DNA of 32,000 nt from Microcystis aeruginosa NIES-843 (GTDB lineage: Bacteria; Cyanobacteriota; Cyanobacteriia; Cyanobacteriales; Microcystaceae): positions 5,340,001-5,372,000 of the forward strand of contig NC_010296.1 of NCBI RefSeq assembly GCF_000010625.1, in the 5' to 3' direction. Position numbers and translations under genes: made by a program. Below are positions 7,585 through 15,608 of the stretch, in pieces (positions within the stretch are counted from its first letter, which is position 1; every line of letters starts with the position of its first letter). The notes under the pieces were generated by a model. The model did no database searches. It was given only the letters and a program-made list of their open reading frames with translations, and was not told the origin of the DNA.

Positions 7585-9002
7585 TAGGGCTGTTTCATTT
7601 AAATTAATTACAGCTGATTTTGAGTCAATAAATTTGAATGAAAATTCTCAAGTTTATCTTTTTCTAATCAAAAGAGTTAGTGACAATAACTAATCTTTAA
7701 TCCTCTGCCAATATTGATTATGAATAAATTGATAAAGCCTGTTTCCAAGCCACTAAAAGCCTATCTTTCTTGAAATTGTCTGAGAGTACATCCTGTTAAT
7801 TTAGCTAATTTTTCTGCTTCTTACGTCGATAAAACTATCAGTTTTTCCCAACGTTCAGCTAACCACCTCTGTCCCTCTGTTATTGAGAGAAAACCCAAAC
7901 CTCTGAAAAGATTCAATCCTATAGTTGTGAGAATTGACCAATTGCTGGCCGCTTGAAAATCACTTATCTCGCTTTTATCTTCCTCAAAAATTACATCTTT
8001 TACCCAATGTAACTGATTTTCTATTTTCCAATGTCCTCGAATAATTTTAGCAAATACTTGAGCGGATTCGGTTAGGCTACTGATATAGTAAGCTGTTTCT
8101 TCATAGGTTTTATCCCCGCGACTACCCTTTCTTTCTACTTTAATAACTCTTCGCAGATTTTCAAACCCTTGTCTTTCATTTTTTCTCACTTTAAAAACTT
8201 CTATTTTTCTTGATATTTTTCGTCCATGACTATTATCTTGTTCAAGAAAGCAACTTTCTGGCTTTGAGGAATTACTCAGGTCTTGTATTCGCTTATAAAG
8301 ATTTTTCTGATTTCCTTTAACGGTGATAACATAGTCATTTTTACTCTTGGCTATTAAGCTGATTGTTTTTTTCTGACAGTGTAAAGCATCGCCAGTAAAA
8401 ACTTTATTTTGGAGAGAGCAATCCTCAATTATAGCTTGCCCTTCGTCGATTTCAGACCCTTTTTTGTTTTCGATTCTTTTTAAGTGTAATACTAATCCAC
8501 TTTCTTGACTAAACAATGAGACAAACATGATAAAATTTTGTTGTTCATTATTAGGATTCTTTCGGGTGTTTTTGAGACTTTTTCCATCCATACCTAGCCA
8601 ATTTATATCATCTCTTTGTCCATATTCTTCTAATGCCCATTCATTAAACATTTTTAACAAACTCTGCCAGTCAACTCCCATCATTACCCTTCTAATTGTT
8701 GAATAGGATGGGACTCTTTCTGGAATTATGTTAAATTCTTTACTGAGCCTGTGCCGATTATTTTTAGCAAACTCTCCTAGTTCTCTATAACCTGAGTATC
8801 CTAGCATTGTTCCCAGTATTATTACTACTAATACTATCCATAAAGGGTGTCTTTTTCCTTTATCTTTCCGAAAGTCCTTGACTTGTTTCAGTTTTTCTAT
8901 TAAGCTCAACATATATTTAAAAGGTTGGCGGTCACTTATCATTTTACCTGATATTGATCGCTTTTACTTTTGATATTCTGATGGGAGAATGAAACAGCCC
9001 TA
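7585..9002 (-). mobile_element. ISAs1-family insertion sequence (1418 bp)
   Basis: Perfect 15-bp terminal inverted repeats TAGGGCTGTTTCATT. An 11-bp direct repeat CCCTTAGTCCC flanks it (7574-7584 and 9003-9013). It has a single transposase ORF. Confidence 0.9.
7821..8942 (-). CDS. ISAs1-family transposase (H-repeat-associated type)
   Basis: 373 aa. VKDFRKDKGKRHPLWIVLVVII, DGKSLKNT, GDALHCQKKT and GHWKIENQLHWVKDVIFEEDKS are hallmark ISAs1 blocks. The start could also be the internal Met at 8912. Confidence 0.9.
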   Translation of the reverse strand: MISDRQPFKYMLSLIEKLKQVKDFRKDKGKRHPLWIVLVVIILGTMLGYSGYRELGEFAKNNRHRLSKEFNIIPERVPSYSTIRRVMMGVDWQSLLKMFNEWALEEYGQRDDINWLGMDGKSLKNTRKNPNNEQQNFIMFVSLFSQESGLVLHLKRIENKKGSEIDEGQAIIEDCSLQNKVFTGDALHCQKKTISLIAKSKNDYVITVKGNQKNLYKRIQDLSNSSKPESCFLEQDNSHGRKISRKIEVFKVRKNERQGFENLRRVIKVERKGSRGDKTYEETAYYISSLTESAQVFAKIIRGHWKIENQLHWVKDVIFEEDKSEISDFQAASNWSILTTIGLNLFRGLGFLSITEGQRWLAERWEKLIVLST

Positions 9003-9132
9003 CCCTTAGTCCCCCCTTTAATCCCCCCTTGATAAGGGGGGCATCTGATAATTTTTAACGCCTACCTACTTAACTCTCGATCGAATTTCAAAAACCCAGT
9101 TATGGATTTTTCCCCCTACTCCCCACTCCCGA

Positions 9133-10128
9133 TTAAAATTGAATTACACTCATATCTAGGGATAAAAAGCGATCGAGTCCTAAATACATCCAATAAATAG
9201 AGTTTGGGGATTCCTGAATAGTTTTTTGAAATCCCAAGGCGGCGGCTAATTTCTCATAATCGGGATGAATAATCAAAGTATGTAAATCGCAGAGATGAGG
9301 AAAATCTAATGTCATTTTCTGGAGAGTTTTTTGGGCATCTTGCAGAAAAATTAAACGATATTTATCTAAATAATTAGTATCGATCATCCAACTGCGAATA
9401 AATACCGAAAGACAATTTTCATCTCCCACGGATGCCATTTTAAAAGGATCCTGTTCGTTGATCGCACTTAGATGTAAACTCTTGTTAGGAGAGGTAAAAA
9501 AATTCGCTTCCGACTCGTTTGCGGTGGGATAGAGGAGATAAAAACCGACGGGATTAAGATTATCTACCCGACGCAAAACTCGCATACCTGTGGTGTAATC
9601 TTTTGCCCAACCCCGCAACAGACGAGAAATGCGATGGGGAATTGCTTCAGCATTGCGATTCATCCAGTTATAATTGCGTGTCAGCAAGTTAGCCACAGGA
9701 ATCGCATCACAACGGGGATTAAATTGATCTAATTGCAATTCTACAGATGATTCTGAGCTATCAGGCTCTAAAATCCCCGTAATTGGCTTGATTTTAATTC
9801 TGGTTGTGTTGCCGTCAAAAATTTTTTCAATTAAACCAAGGGCTGCTAATTTATCTAACATCATACCGGCAGAGCGATCGCTGCCCTGATCCTGATCCTG
9901 ATAAAATAAATCCGATGCTTGCCGATGGGTACAGATAATGGCAGTGGTGGGAAAAATTAACTGGGATAAAGGGGGTTTTGCCTGTCCTTCCTTGGCGATC
10001 GCATAAATCCAGAGACGCAGAAAACAAGTGGCACGCACCCGGGTTAATCCCACTCTCCCCACCAAGCACTCGATCATTTGTTCTTGTTTTTCCCAAGAAA
10101 ACCAAATTTTCAGATGTTTAATCTCCAT
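9133..10128 (-). CDS. Hypothetical protein (331 aa), function unassigned
   Basis: Long ORF with AGGAGC 7 nt upstream of ATG 10128. The track start at 10152 is a TTG that contains that SD. The N-terminal third looks winged-helix-like (DRSAGMMLDKLAALGLIEK). No confident family call. Confidence 0.7.
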   Translation of the reverse strand: MEIKHLKIWFSWEKQEQMIECLVGRVGLTRVRATCFLRLWIYAIAKEGQAKPPLSQLIFPTTAIICTHRQASDLFYQDQDQGSDRSAGMMLDKLAALGLIEKIFDGNTTRIKIKPITGILEPDSSESSVELQLDQFNPRCDAIPVANLLTRNYNWMNRNAEAIPHRISRLLRGWAKDYTTGMRVLRRVDNLNPVGFYLLYPTANESEANFFTSPNKSLHLSAINEQDPFKMASVGDENCLSVFIRSWMIDTNYLDKYRLIFLQDAQKTLQKMTLDFPHLCDLHTLIIHPDYEKLAAALGFQKTIQESPNSIYWMYLGLDRFLSLDMSVIQF

Positions 10129-10166
10129 CTTTTTGCTCCTAGATTCTGACAACGATTATACTTTAT

Positions 10167-10196
10167 ACTTCACCCCACTTCACCCCACTTCACCCA
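10167..10196. repeat. 3 x 10-bp tandem repeat ACTTCACCCC in a divergent intergenic region
   Basis: acttcacccc acttcacccc acttcaccca read directly from the sequence. It lies between the divergent starts at 10128 (-) and 10288 (+). Confidence 0.8.
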
Positions 10197-10287
10197 AGTT
10201 CTCAACCCTCCCCCTACTAGATAGCGCTCATTGTTGTTGCACCTCTAGAACCGACAGAATGGTTCCAGAAACATTTAGGAGACGATT

Positions 10288-10578
10288 ATGAACGATAAAA
10301 AATACGGTACTGCTCCCAGTCATACTCAAGCGTGGATTTTTCAAACTTGGTTATCTTTTATTGTCTCTATTTCTGCCACTTCTTTAGGAGTTATTTATCT
10401 ACCAGTAGATCCGTGGATTAAAGGTTATTTAGGCATGGGTTTACTATTTAGCGTCGGTTCCACCATTAATTTATCAAAAACTGTCCGCGATGTCGAAGAA
10501 TCTAAACGCTTAATTAATCGCATTGACGAAGTAAAGTTAGAACGGATCTTGACTCAGTACGATCCTTATAAGGAGTAG
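10288..10578 (+). CDS. YiaA/YiaB-type two-helix inner-membrane protein
   Basis: 96 aa. AWIFQTWLSFIVSISATSLGVIYLPVDPWIKGYLGMGLLFSVGSTINLSKTVRD matches my memory of the YiaAB two-helix domain. AGGAG lies 6 nt upstream of the ATG. Confidence 0.7.
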   Translation: MNDKKYGTAPSHTQAWIFQTWLSFIVSISATSLGVIYLPVDPWIKGYLGMGLLFSVGSTINLSKTVRDVEESKRLINRIDEVKLERILTQYDPYKE

Positions 10579-10648
10579 TTTTTCTCAGTTATTGGTTATC
10601 AGTTTTTTCGATTATTCTAACTCTTTTTTCTGACTTAGGAGAGTTTAT

Positions 10649-10891
10649 ATGCTATTCACAACTAATCTCATCGGTGTGACCAAAGGAATAATTTCTCTTT
10701 TACAAAATCCCAGTAACATTCTGTCTGTATATGATATTGAAGATGGCTTAAAAGAGAGTTGGTTACAGCGATTATCTTGGCAATATGTTAAAAGCGATCG
10801 GGAGCATCTCACCTTTGTAACTCCTAAATTAAGTTTTATGTCAAGCTATTTTGAAAGCCTTGCTAGAAGCAAGTTTCATCGACAAGTATAA
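10649..10891 (+). CDS. Hypothetical protein (80 aa)
   Basis: ORF with TAGGAGAG 7 nt upstream of the ATG. No recognisable motif. Confidence 0.4.
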   Translation: MLFTTNLIGVTKGIISLLQNPSNILSVYDIEDGLKESWLQRLSWQYVKSDREHLTFVTPKLSFMSSYFESLARSKFHRQV

Positions 10892-10958
10892 TTACTCACT
10901 TGCACAAATGAGATTCCTCCTCCCTAACAAATAAACAAACCAATAGATACTTGAGGCA

Positions 10959-11135
10959 ATGATGATTGCAGAATTAAATATCCGGTTAGAAGCCCACGAA
11001 AAAACAACCGAAGAGATAAGGCTACGGAAGGAAGCTATCGACCGGCAGTCGGCCGAGTTCAACCAATGGATGACCGGAATCAAAGCAAGGCTGGACGCGA
11101 TCGCACGCAAGATCGAACGGGACAAAAAACACTAA
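10959..11135 (+). CDS. Possible small coiled-coil protein (58 aa), below the ORF-track cutoff
   Basis: Hand translation gives MMIAELNIRLEAHEKTTEEIRLRKEAIDRQSAEFNQWMTGIKARLDAIARKIERDKKH*. It is charged and heptad-like. The competing minus-strand ORF 10892-11125 looks like an antisense shadow (S/L/A/I rich). Confidence 0.3.
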   Translation: MMIAELNIRLEAHEKTTEEIRLRKEAIDRQSAEFNQWMTGIKARLDAIARKIERDKKH

Positions 11136-11294
11136 GTAGAGCCAACGCAAAGCACTCGCTACGCAAAACCGCATTCTCTGTCTCACAAGAAAAGGTGCTT
11201 TATGGTTTATCGTCGGCAAATCGATCGCTTCGACCAACTAACCGAACATAAGCCCACCTTATCACCCCAACAAGAAATACTTTTGTCAACCCCC

Positions 11295-11323
11295 TTTACA
11301 AACCGTTACAAACTCTCTAAGAT
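11295..11323 (+). promoter_or_regulatory. Candidate sigma70-type psbA promoter
   Basis: TTTACA (11295-11300), a 17-nt spacer, then TAAGAT (11318-11323). This sits about 50 nt upstream of the psbA ATG, comparable to known cyanobacterial psbA leader lengths. Confidence 0.5.
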
Positions 11324-11372
11324 AGAGACATCATCAATCGTACCTCGATAACTTAATAGGAATCATAAACCA

Positions 11373-12455
11373 ATGACCACCACTCTACAACAGCGCGAGA
11401 GCGCTTCCCTGTGGGAGCAGTTCTGTCAGTGGATCACCAGCACCAACAACCGCTTATACATCGGTTGGTTCGGTGTCATCATGATCCCCACCCTGCTCAC
11501 CGCCACCACCTGCTTCATCATCGCCTTTATCGCCGCTCCTCCTGTAGATATCGACGGTATCCGCGAGCCTGTAGCCGGTTCTCTACTCTACGGAAACAAC
11601 ATCATCTCCGGTGCGGTTGTTCCCTCTTCCAACGCGATTGGACTCCACTTCTACCCCATCTGGGAAGCTGCTTCCTTAGATGAGTGGTTATACAACGGTG
11701 GTCCCTACCAGTTAGTCATTTTCCACTTCTTACTAGGTGTCTTCTGCTACCTCGGTCGTCAGTGGGAACTGTCTTTCCGTTTAGGAATGCGTCCTTGGAT
11801 CTGTGTTGCTTACTCCGCACCTGTATCCGCCGCTACTGCTGTATTCTTAATCTATCCCATCGGACAAGGTTCCTTCTCTGATGGTATGCCTTTAGGAATC
11901 TCTGGAACCTTTAACTTTATGTTCGTGTTCCAAGCAGAACATAACATCCTGATGCACCCCTTCCATATGTTAGGTGTTGCCGGTGTGTTCGGCGGTTCCT
12001 TGTTCAGTGCGATGCACGGTTCCCTAGTAACTTCTTCCTTAGTGCGTGAAACCACGGAAATCGAATCTCAGAACTACGGTTACAAATTCGGTCAAGAAGA
12101 AGAAACCTACAATATCGTTGCCGCTCACGGTTACTTCGGACGCTTAATCTTCCAATACGCTTCTTTCAACAATAGCCGCTCTCTGCACTTCTTCTTAGGT
12201 GCTTGGCCGGTAATCGGTATCTGGTTTACGGCAATGGGTGTTAGCACCATGGCGTTTAACCTCAACGGGTTCAACTTCAACCAGTCGATTCTCGATTCTC
12301 AAGGTCGTGTAATCGGTACTTGGGCCGATGTGCTGAACCGCGCTGGTATCGGTATGGAAGTAATGCACGAGCGCAATGCTCACAACTTCCCCTTAGACTT
12401 GGCTAGTGGTGAACAGGCTCCTGTAGCTCTGATTGCTCCTGCTATCAATGGTTAA
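11373..12455 (+). CDS. psbA: Photosystem II reaction-centre protein D1 (precursor with 16-aa C-terminal extension)
   Basis: 360 aa and unmistakable D1. Y161, D170, E189, H190, H198, H215, H272, H332, E333, H337 and D342-A344 (PLDLA) are all present. Residue 130 is Q. The C-ending codon bias is typical of a highly expressed gene. Confidence 0.98.
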   Translation: MTTTLQQRESASLWEQFCQWITSTNNRLYIGWFGVIMIPTLLTATTCFIIAFIAAPPVDIDGIREPVAGSLLYGNNIISGAVVPSSNAIGLHFYPIWEAASLDEWLYNGGPYQLVIFHFLLGVFCYLGRQWELSFRLGMRPWICVAYSAPVSAATAVFLIYPIGQGSFSDGMPLGISGTFNFMFVFQAEHNILMHPFHMLGVAGVFGGSLFSAMHGSLVTSSLVRETTEIESQNYGYKFGQEEETYNIVAAHGYFGRLIFQYASFNNSRSLHFFLGAWPVIGIWFTAMGVSTMAFNLNGFNFNQSILDSQGRVIGTWADVLNRAGIGMEVMHERNAHNFPLDLASGEQAPVALIAPAING

Positions 12456-12474
12456 TTCCTAGTCTGAACGAAAA

Positions 12475-12502
12475 GGCACTCCCGCGAGGGGGTGCTTTTT
12501 TG
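12475..12502 (+). terminator. Rho-independent terminator of psbA
   Basis: GCACTCCC-GCGA-GGGGGTGC stem-loop followed by TTTTTTG, about 20 nt after the psbA stop. Confidence 0.7.
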
Positions 12503-12526
12503 TTGTTAGAATTATGATATAGCTCA

Positions 12527-12778
12527 ATGTTAAATGGAATCAATTTTATGTTATCTTCTCTGATAATTGAACTGGAACAAAAGTTACGAGACTGTTCTCT
12601 TGAAGATAAACAATGGTTATTGGAGCAGTTACATCAACAATTAGGATTGAATAATCAAAAAACAACTAAACAACGATTAATAGATAGTTGGAATGAAGCT
12701 TATAGTGATGGATTGGACGAATCAGAAACTTTAATGTTAGAGCGAATACGGCATCATCAAAGCCAATTATCTGAGTAA
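12527..12778 (+). CDS. Putative antitoxin of the MazF/PemK-like toxin
   Basis: 83-aa acidic ORF ending 2 nt before the toxin ATG. No family motif recognised. The call rests on operon position. The start could be the Met at 12548. Confidence 0.55.
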   Translation: MLNGINFMLSSLIIELEQKLRDCSLEDKQWLLEQLHQQLGLNNQKTTKQRLIDSWNEAYSDGLDESETLMLERIRHHQSQLSE

Positions 12779-12780
12779 AT

Positions 12781-13137
12781 ATGACGATTTTTCAAGGAGA
12801 GATTTATTGGATTGATTTAGGAGAACCACAAGGTTCTGAACCTGCTTATCTTCGTCCTTGTGTTGTGGTGCAAAATGATGCTCTGAATCAGTCACAAATT
12901 GGGACGGTTATTGTGTGTCCATTAACAACCAATTTGAGACGAGCAAAAGCTATTGGTAATGTTTTATTGAATGAGGGTGAAGGGAATTTACCAGAATCCA
13001 GTGTTGTTAATGTTTCGCAGGTTTTCACGGTTGATAAGCGTCTTTTAACAGAGTCTATCGGAAGACTTTCTCGGGAAAAAATCAAATTAATTATTCAGGG
13101 AATTAATTTGGTTATTGAACCTCAAGAACTCGAATAA
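12781..13137 (+). CDS. mazF: MazF/PemK-family type II toxin (mRNA interferase)
   Basis: 118 aa. GEIYWIDLGEPQGSEPAYLRPCVVVQND...VIVCPLTTN...VVNVSQVFTVDK is the classic PemK/MazF SH3-like fold pattern. Confidence 0.85.
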   Translation: MTIFQGEIYWIDLGEPQGSEPAYLRPCVVVQNDALNQSQIGTVIVCPLTTNLRRAKAIGNVLLNEGEGNLPESSVVNVSQVFTVDKRLLTESIGRLSREKIKLIIQGINLVIEPQELE

Positions 13138-13172
13138 TAGGGGGTTATAAAATATAAAATTATAAAAAAAGC

Positions 13173-13360
13173 GGTTCTTCGTTACTTGGTATGGTTCGAT
13201 CAGGGGGCAGAAATCGGCTAAATCCTTATCTGGCAAGGGACTTAATTGATTAGCTCGTTCTAGATTGAAAACAATTGGCAAAAATCGAAGCAATGTCTTT
13301 CTATATAAGGGTTTCACCCCTTATAACTCCCGTCCATTGCATAACACAAACCGAAGAACC
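13173..13360. mobile_element. 188-bp MITE, copy 1
   Basis: Termini are GGTTCTTCG...CGAAGAACC (9-bp perfect TIR). The 8-bp target duplication AAAAAAGC lies at 13165-13172 and 13361-13368. About 85-90% identical to 19717-19903. Confidence 0.85.
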
Positions 13361-13482
13361 AAAAAAGCGATCGAGCTACCGCTCAAATAATTGCCCAAAG
13401 ATATCTAGCCGCTAGTCCCTGTTTAGAAACCCTGCTGAAACTCCCAGAGGATTCCCAGGGTTATCATTATGCTACTCACCTA

Positions 13483-13875
13483 ATGAGGCTCAATTTTGAT
13501 CCTAATTTTTATCGGTCTATTCAGGTAAATTCTGATACAGATTATCTGCTGCTTCGCTTACGGCAAACTCACGATATCTGGCATATAGTAACAGGTTTTG
13601 GTGTCGATGGCATGGGAGAATTGCAACTGAAAGCTTTTGAATTAAGTCAAACTCGTCGCCCTCTAGCTATTGTCATAATTTTAGGGGGATTATTGGGAGC
13701 TTTATTTTCTTCGCCACTTTCCTTACATTCTCTCTGGAAAGAGATTGTCACCGCCTATAATTTGGGCAAAAATACTCGACCTTTTTTGGCGCAAAAATGG
13801 GAACTAGCTTGGGAGAAACCCCTGCTAGTTTGGCGGCAAGAATTGGCGATTGTCCACTCGAACCTAGAAAATTAA
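13483..13875 (+). CDS. Coq4-family protein, apparently 5'-truncated
   Basis: The HDxxH-x11-E motif (THDIWHIVTGFGVDGMGELQL) is present. The frame stays open upstream to the MITE edge (13369-13482 reads DRATAQIIAQRYLAASPCLETLLKLPEDSQGYHYATHL). That stretch still looks like Coq4-family sequence, but it has no start codon. Confidence 0.6.
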   Translation: MRLNFDPNFYRSIQVNSDTDYLLLRLRQTHDIWHIVTGFGVDGMGELQLKAFELSQTRRPLAIVIILGGLLGALFSSPLSLHSLWKEIVTAYNLGKNTRPFLAQKWELAWEKPLLVWRQELAIVHSNLEN

Positions 13876-13890
13876 TTTTGCTGGACTACT

Positions 13891-14086
13891 TAAGTAAGTG
13901 GTTATAATTAAATTGAGGATGGATTTTGTCTTTGATCCCCCCTTAATCCTAGGGTTTATTCATAGTAGGGTTGATTCATGAATCAACCCTACCCTTAATC
14001 CCCCTTTGATAAGGGGGGTGCCGATCCCCCCTTAATCCCCCCTTGATAAGGGGGGCATATGATAATTTTTAACGCCTCCCTACTTA
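13891..14086. mobile_element. G6/C6-hairpin MITE copy B (carries a nested 42-bp mini-element)
   Basis: TAAGTAAGTGG...CTCCCTACTTA termini and CCCCC(C)TTGATAAGGGGGG hairpin modules. Confidence 0.8.
13949..13990. mobile_element. 42-bp element consisting only of ISAs1-like terminal repeats
   Basis: The sequence is TAGGGTTTATTCAT-AG-TAGGGTTGATTCAT/GAATCAACCCTA. The ends match the ISAs1 copy terminus TAGGGCTGTTTCAT at 12/14. It is flanked by the 10-bp direct repeat CCCTTAATCC (13939-13948 and 13991-14000). Confidence 0.7.
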
Positions 14087-14287
14087 GAATAATCGACTAA
14101 ACCGAATAAATCCCGATTAATCGGAGAAAATAAGACGATTTGCCTATTCAGGGGCTAGAGGACAGAAAAATTGTCAGACAATCGGGAAAAAGTGACAGGG
14201 GAAAAATTTTTCCGAACCGGAGTAGCAAAAAAATCCCAGTCCGGGTAAAATTGATTATCGATCGATTGTGTGAGGAGTCCGATCCCC

Positions 14288-15427
14288 ATGACCAATAAAC
14301 ACACAGCAAGGCTGCTGAGCAGTTACCTGCAGCGCCTGCCTGCCCATAGCTGGCTCATCCTAGTGTTTTGGGCTTTGATTATCGCTCCAGTCCAAGCTGC
14401 TGTCGAATTACGCATTGCCATCAGTAAAGGTGTTAGCGCCGTCTCCGTGGGTAGTTCCACCGATGCTGTGGTGAAAGATGGGGCCGGGAGAGTCCTAGGA
14501 GAATTGACCGCCATGAATGCCCTCAATGCTAATCCCAGAGGAAAAGCGGTGGGTTTGGCCGATTGGCAGGCCAGTCAATTGCTCATCGAACCGGAGAATG
14601 ATGGTTACGTCTGGATTAACGATCGCTGGTATCGAGGACGGACAAGGATCATTCGGCAAGGTTCTGGGGTGACAGCCCTAAATTTAGTCGATTTAGAGGA
14701 ATATCTCTATAGTGTCGTCGGTGCGGAGGCGATTCCCTCCTGGCCGCAAGAGGCCTTAAAAGCCCAATCCGTGGCGGCGCGCACCTATGCTCTCTACCAA
14801 ATGAATACTTCCGGCAATCGCATCTACGATCTTGATACTACCACCCGCACCCAAGTTTATAAGGGTCTAGAAAGCGAGTTTACTAGCACCCACGAGGCAG
14901 TTAAGGCCACCGCCGGACAAATTATGAGTTTCAACGGCAAACCGATTCTAGCGGTGTTTCACTCCTCCTCTGGGGGCCACACGGAAAATGTCGAGGATGT
15001 TTGGAATTCCCCCTTACCCTACCTGCGCGGTGTCATCGATTACGATCAAGTCGCCCCGGTATTCCAATGGTCAAAAAACTTTAGCGCCTGGGAATTAGGC
15101 CGTTTAATCGGTGGTGTCGGTCGCGTGCGATCGCTATCTCCCGAAAGGACCACTCCCCACGGACGAGTGATTAGAATGCGTGTAGTAGGCGATCAAGGCT
15201 CTAAATTAATCTCTGATACCCAATTACGGCGAATACTCGAGCTGCGTAGTACCCTATTCACGATTTCAGCTGATAACGGTACTTTTGCCATTAATGGTCG
15301 CGGTTTCGGTCATGGGATCGGTTTAAGTCAATGGGGCGCTTTTTCCCTCGCTGACCAAGGGGTGACTTATGACCGGATTCTCGGCCATTATTATCAAAAT
15401 GCTCGTTTAACTGAAATGCCCAACTAA
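14288..15427 (+). CDS. SpoIID/LytB-domain protein (peptidoglycan remodelling / amidase enhancer family)
   Basis: LEEYLYSVVGAEAIPSWPQEALKAQSVAARTYAL, VFHSSSGGHTENVEDVW and GHGIGLSQWGA are SpoIID-domain hallmarks. It has an N-terminal signal/anchor. I prefer ATG 14288, with GAGGAG upstream, over the GTG at 14270. Confidence 0.9.
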   Translation: MTNKHTARLLSSYLQRLPAHSWLILVFWALIIAPVQAAVELRIAISKGVSAVSVGSSTDAVVKDGAGRVLGELTAMNALNANPRGKAVGLADWQASQLLIEPENDGYVWINDRWYRGRTRIIRQGSGVTALNLVDLEEYLYSVVGAEAIPSWPQEALKAQSVAARTYALYQMNTSGNRIYDLDTTTRTQVYKGLESEFTSTHEAVKATAGQIMSFNGKPILAVFHSSSGGHTENVEDVWNSPLPYLRGVIDYDQVAPVFQWSKNFSAWELGRLIGGVGRVRSLSPERTTPHGRVIRMRVVGDQGSKLISDTQLRRILELRSTLFTISADNGTFAINGRGFGHGIGLSQWGAFSLADQGVTYDRILGHYYQNARLTEMPN

Positions 15428-15514
15428 AAAGGCTGTCAGCCATTTCCAGTCAACAGTAAACAGTGAACTGATCACTGATAACAAGGATCGAATCTAAAAC
15501 CTAATTGGTTAAGC

Positions 15515-15608
15515 TAAGTAGGGAGGCACAATTATTTGTAGGATGGGTTAGCGGTAGCGTAAACTATGCTGGCGTTGGGTTTCATGCTTCAACCCAACCT
15601 ACGTTCAT
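15515..15608 (-). repeat. TAAGTAGG-type short repeat, copy X (truncated, inverted relative to Y and Z)
   Basis: Reverse complement of the right ~94 bp of the copies at 19408-19529 and 29071-29192. Contains the GTTGGGTT-N9-AACCCAAC hairpin at 15574-15598. Confidence 0.8.

Larger units (their letters stand above)
5895..9072. mobile_element. G6/C6-hairpin MITE copy A, split into three pieces by two nested IS insertions
   Basis: The pieces are 5895-5962, 7550-7584 and 9003-9072. After removing both IS and one copy of each target duplication they rejoin into a ~155-bp element. Its termini are TAAGTAGCTGG...CCTACCTACTTA, and it contains CCCCCCTTGATAAGGGGGG hairpins like copies at 13891, 21548, 23489 and 24189. 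Confidence 0.8.

Noticed and set aside
10892-11251. ORFs 10892-11125 (-), 11022-11237 (-) and 11066-11251 (+)
   Set aside because: They overlap one another, and the Ser/Leu/Ala-rich sequences are typical of wrong-frame or antisense translation. The short plus-strand coiled-coil ORF explains the open frames better.
11411-12383. Alternative-frame and antisense ORFs inside psbA (11411-11683, 11684-11881, 11852-12055, 12195-12383)
   Set aside because: They lie entirely within the unambiguous D1 coding sequence. They are artefacts of its biased codon usage.
13087-13317. 76-aa minus-strand ORF
   Set aside because: It runs through the 188-bp MITE and into the mazF 3' end. The homologous stretch in MITE copy 2 is not open.
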